A stretch of DNA of 64,000 nucleotides from an uncultured delta proteobacterium (GTDB taxonomy: Bacteria > Desulfobacterota > Syntrophorhabdia > Syntrophorhabdales > WCHB1-27). The notes beneath the pieces are model-generated. The model was given only the letters and a program-made list of their open reading frames with translations. It was not told the DNA's origin and ran no database searches. The number at the start of each line of letters is the position of its first letter. Positions within the stretch are counted from its first letter, which is position 1. The translations under genes were made by a program, and so were the position numbers. Below are positions 60,902 through 64,000 of this stretch, in pieces. Where the stretch lies: positions 160,001 to 224,000 of the forward strand of contig CAWEPK010000005.1 in NCBI GenBank assembly GCA_963810935.1, in the 5' to 3' direction.

Positions 60902-61729
60902 ATGAATAGGAGAGGTGCGGGACAAGAGGGCGTCGGTCTACTCGTCCATATGGGCGGTCTTGGAGACGTCTGCCTTTCGGAATCGACTATCCTGTCGGTG
61001 GCGAGGCACCTGGACGGGAGGTTTCATGCAGTGGGGAACAGGTCCGTGCTGGAGCCTTTCGGCGAGTATTTCACGGCCGTGGATTCGATTGACGGGAGGA
61101 AATGGACGCACCTGTTCACCGACGGGCTTTCCGCCTCACCCCTCGGCCGGGTCGTCTTCATAGGCAAGGACAGGGCGGGCGCGTTCCGGCGGCGGCTCGC
61201 GGCCGCAGCCGGAGAGATCGTCTTTATCGATATGTACCCGGAGGGAAGGCCCGTCCACGTTGAAGACTACCAGCTCGGGCAATTGGCCGCTTACGGGATA
61301 CCGGCCGTGAGGAGAGAGAGGCAGGTAAAGTCCGGAAGGCGTGTAGTCGTCTACGCGGAAAAGGCCTATAAGAAAAGGAAATGGCCGGTCGAGGGCTTTG
61401 TGGAGGTCTTCGAGCGGCTGGAAGCGCAGGGCGTCCCGGCAACGTTCATGGCGCAGCCGGGCTTACGCCTGCCCGAAGGTCTGCCCGGCCGTCTCTTCGA
61501 GCGGCTTTCCGATATCGCGGATTTCCTCTCGCCCGGCGGCGTTTTCCTTTCGAACGACTCGGGGTTAGCCCATTTTGCCGCCAGGTGCGGCATGTACCCG
61601 GTTACGCTGTTCTTCGATACGGACCCTGAAGTCTGGAGGCCGGTTACGGGGAAGGTAGTACGATGCGATGAGGGTGCGCCCGGAACGGACGAGGTTGCGC
61701 GCCTGGCAGCGGCCGCCCTCGACCGGTAG
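60902..61729 (+). CDS. GT9 (heptosyltransferase-like) glycosyltransferase
   Basis: HMGGLGDV, KRKWPVEGF, SNDSGLAHFAA, TDPEVWRP. Confidence 0.8.
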   Translation: MNRRGAGQEGVGLLVHMGGLGDVCLSESTILSVARHLDGRFHAVGNRSVLEPFGEYFTAVDSIDGRKWTHLFTDGLSASPLGRVVFIGKDRAGAFRRRLAAAAGEIVFIDMYPEGRPVHVEDYQLGQLAAYGIPAVRRERQVKSGRRVVVYAEKAYKKRKWPVEGFVEVFERLEAQGVPATFMAQPGLRLPEGLPGRLFERLSDIADFLSPGGVFLSNDSGLAHFAARCGMYPVTLFFDTDPEVWRPVTGKVVRCDEGAPGTDEVARLAAAALDR

Positions 61730-61738
61730 ATAAAGCCG

Positions 61739-63080
61739 CTATCCGTTGGGGCGCTTCTTCTCGCCTGGCGGCCGCATGAGGTCGAGGAGCTTCAATAAGT
61801 CCTGGGACTCCGGGGAGTTGATGCCGTATCTGGCAATCGCCTTTTCGAGGTTCATCTTCGCGGCCGGATACCTGCCCGTCTCGTAATAGTAGCGGCCAAG
61901 GAATTCGAACCCGCCCCCTTGGTTGCCCTGTCTGCCCAGGACCATCCCCAGCTTCTGATAGACCTCCGGGAAGGTCTCCGCGTACGGGGCAAGGTCAGCG
62001 AGCGTGTTCCCCGCCATAGGCAGGTCGCCCCGCCCTTCGTATGCCTTTGCCAGATAATAGCGGGCTACGGGGTGCGTCTCATTCTTCAATACCTCGATTG
62101 CATCGTTGAACCGCCGGCCCGTAACGAGAAACTCACCCACGAAGGTGGAGGCGTGCGGGTAGTTGATCGTCTTCGCCAGCGATACGGCCTTATCCACGTC
62201 GCCCTTCAGGGAATAAACGAGGGCAGCCCCATACGTGCTGATCGGGTCCGTCGGGTCCTTCTGGTATTTCTTCAGCCATATTTCCTCATTCTGCGTGCCG
62301 AGGGGCTTTCCGATGATATTGAGCCTCGCGATAACTATGGGGAACAAGGAATCATCGACCCTCGTCTTCATGGTGGCTAGACTGACGTATCGTCGCAACC
62401 CTTGTCTCGGAATAAGGATGGGTGAGCAGATACTGGGGAATGCGTTTCTCCATCTCGGTGCTCGCCAGCTTTTTGAGGAATTCGGCGCTGCCGAACCCGT
62501 TGTAGCCCGCTTTCTCCGTGGTCGCGACACCGTACCTGTCGGCCTCCTCCTCGGCTTCCCTCGTGTAGTTTATCCCAATCTGCTCGCGCGCCCCCATGCT
62601 GCCGGTCACGACGGCCGCTTTTGCAGCCGGGTTCGGGATGAGCAGGCCGACCAGCATGGTCGCCACCGACACCCAGTTGATGGCCTTCTCCTTCTCGATG
62701 GCTTTGGCCACATGGCGCCTTCCGACATGGGCGAATTCGTGGCCCAGAATCCCGGCGATCTCTTCTTCCTTATCGGCCTGCTCGAGGATACCGGTCGTCA
62801 CGTAGACGTAGCCGCCTATCGTGGCGAAGGCGTCGAGGCCTGTGCTGTCGATGATGCTGAACTTGACCGGGAAGGGCAGGTCGGCGACGTCTTCCAGCCT
62901 CTTTTTGACGATCGCCATCTCCAGCGAGACGTACGGGTCGGTGTAGAGCCTGGTCATCCGTGCAATTTGCAGGTAGATCTCCCTGCCGTACTTGCTTTCC
63001 TCGTCGAGGGTGATGGCCCGCACAGGGAGGGGGAAAAAACAGAGCAGAACAAGAAACGCTACGATCCGCTTCGGCGTCAT
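61739..63080 (-). CDS. M48 metalloprotease with TPR C-terminus (BepA-like), one frameshift near 62385
   Basis: Signal peptide, AFATIGG.VYV, LGHEFAHV, YTREAEEEAD, YLLTHP; TPR helices; span 1342 = 3n+1. Confidence 0.88.
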
Positions 63081-64000
63081 TAAGCCCGTCTGAATTTCAG
63101 GCGTTTCCTCTTTTTTGCCTTTCTTATCTTCTTCTTTCCTTCGGATTTCTTTTCTTTTTTTAGACTATATGAGGAAAGCCTGATTTTTCTCGCGTTTCGC
63201 AGGCTCGTAGGAGGCGAGCACCACGTTGCTTGCCTTGACGAGGGATATCTCTCTCGGGCTCGGCACCTGGGTATATATCTCCTGGAGGATGTCTGTGGCG
63301 TCCCCCCAGAGGTTCCTGCTCCCGAGTATGGCCAGGATATAGACCCTGCCGTCTTTCTCGAAGGCGCCGACGTAGCAATGCCTCGACGCACGGGTGAAAC
63401 CGGTTTTTCCCCCTATGGAGGGTGAGAAGCAGAAGAGAAGGCGGTTGTGGTTCATGTATCGCACGTCCGCCTGGCCGCTTCTAAAATTGAAGTACCGCGT
63501 GCCTATGATCTCCTGGAACCTCTTATTATCGAGGGCATAACGAAAGATAAGGGCGAGGTCGTAGGCGGACATGACGTGGCCCGGCACATAAAGTCCGGAG
63601 GCGTTTTCAAAATTGCTCTCCATCGCGCCTATCTCGCGCGCCTTGGCGTTCATCATATCGGCGAAGCGTTCCTCGCTACCCCCGATGCCGACCGCCAAAG
63701 CATATGCCGCGTCGTTCGCTGACTCGACCATTGCACCTGTGATAAGGTCTATCGCCCTGTAAGGCCGGCCCGGGGCAAGGCACATCCTCGAGGCGGGTAG
63801 TGGAAAGCACTTTCTTCGTAGGCACGATGGTATCTTCCTCATCGAGCCTCTCCAGGGCGATCAGGGTCGTCATCACTTTTGTAGTGCTGGCCGGCGGCAG
63901 AGGGGTGTGGTAGTTCTTGCCGGCTACTACGGCAAAGCTGTCTTTTTCTACGAGTAGATAGGCGTCGGCTGTGATGTCCCCCACGTTGCCGGCGAACGAG
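63080..64000 (-). CDS. D-Ala-D-Ala carboxypeptidase (S11), 5'-partial, frameshifts near 63800 and 63180
   Basis: PASTTK (SxxK), SANDAA (SxN), GGKTGFT (KTG). Confidence 0.88.

Overview
Chromosomal segment of a high-GC bacterium. Gene content suggests a deltaproteobacterial (Syntrophorhabdus-like) anaerobe; this is inference only. Left part (1-17.2 kb): housekeeping genes (gatC, valS, dgt, Sua5/YciO, DUF89, CbpA/DnaJ-type, cold-shock protein), a DUF294 nucleotidyltransferase beside a stand-alone CBS protein, and a ParB-like gene overlapping a spore-photoproduct-lyase-like radical SAM gene. Middle part (17.4-51.5 kb): a ~34 kb surface-glycan locus. It has an ops/JUMPstart-like leader, rmlA/rmlD, and CDP-3,6-dideoxyhexose genes (rfbF/G/H plus a reductase). 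These are followed by an unusual module of a YerE-like ThDP enzyme, two aldolase paralogs, an SDR and a 3-dehydroquinate-synthase-like cyclase. The locus also has several polyprenyl-P-sugar (GtrA/GtrB/GT-C) components and a complete GDP-heptose pathway with its own transaldolase; part of that pathway is a cassette flanked by an ~89-bp direct repeat of the wzx 5' end. Right part (51.5-64 kb): pmbA, argA-like GNAT, recN, nadK, radC, uvrC, uvrB, GT9, an M48 protease and a D,D-carboxypeptidase. About 14 genes carry single-base indels that look like long-read consensus errors. A family of long intergenic palindromes and several apparently leaderless genes are visible. No rRNA, tRNA, CRISPR array, transposase or integrase was recognised.
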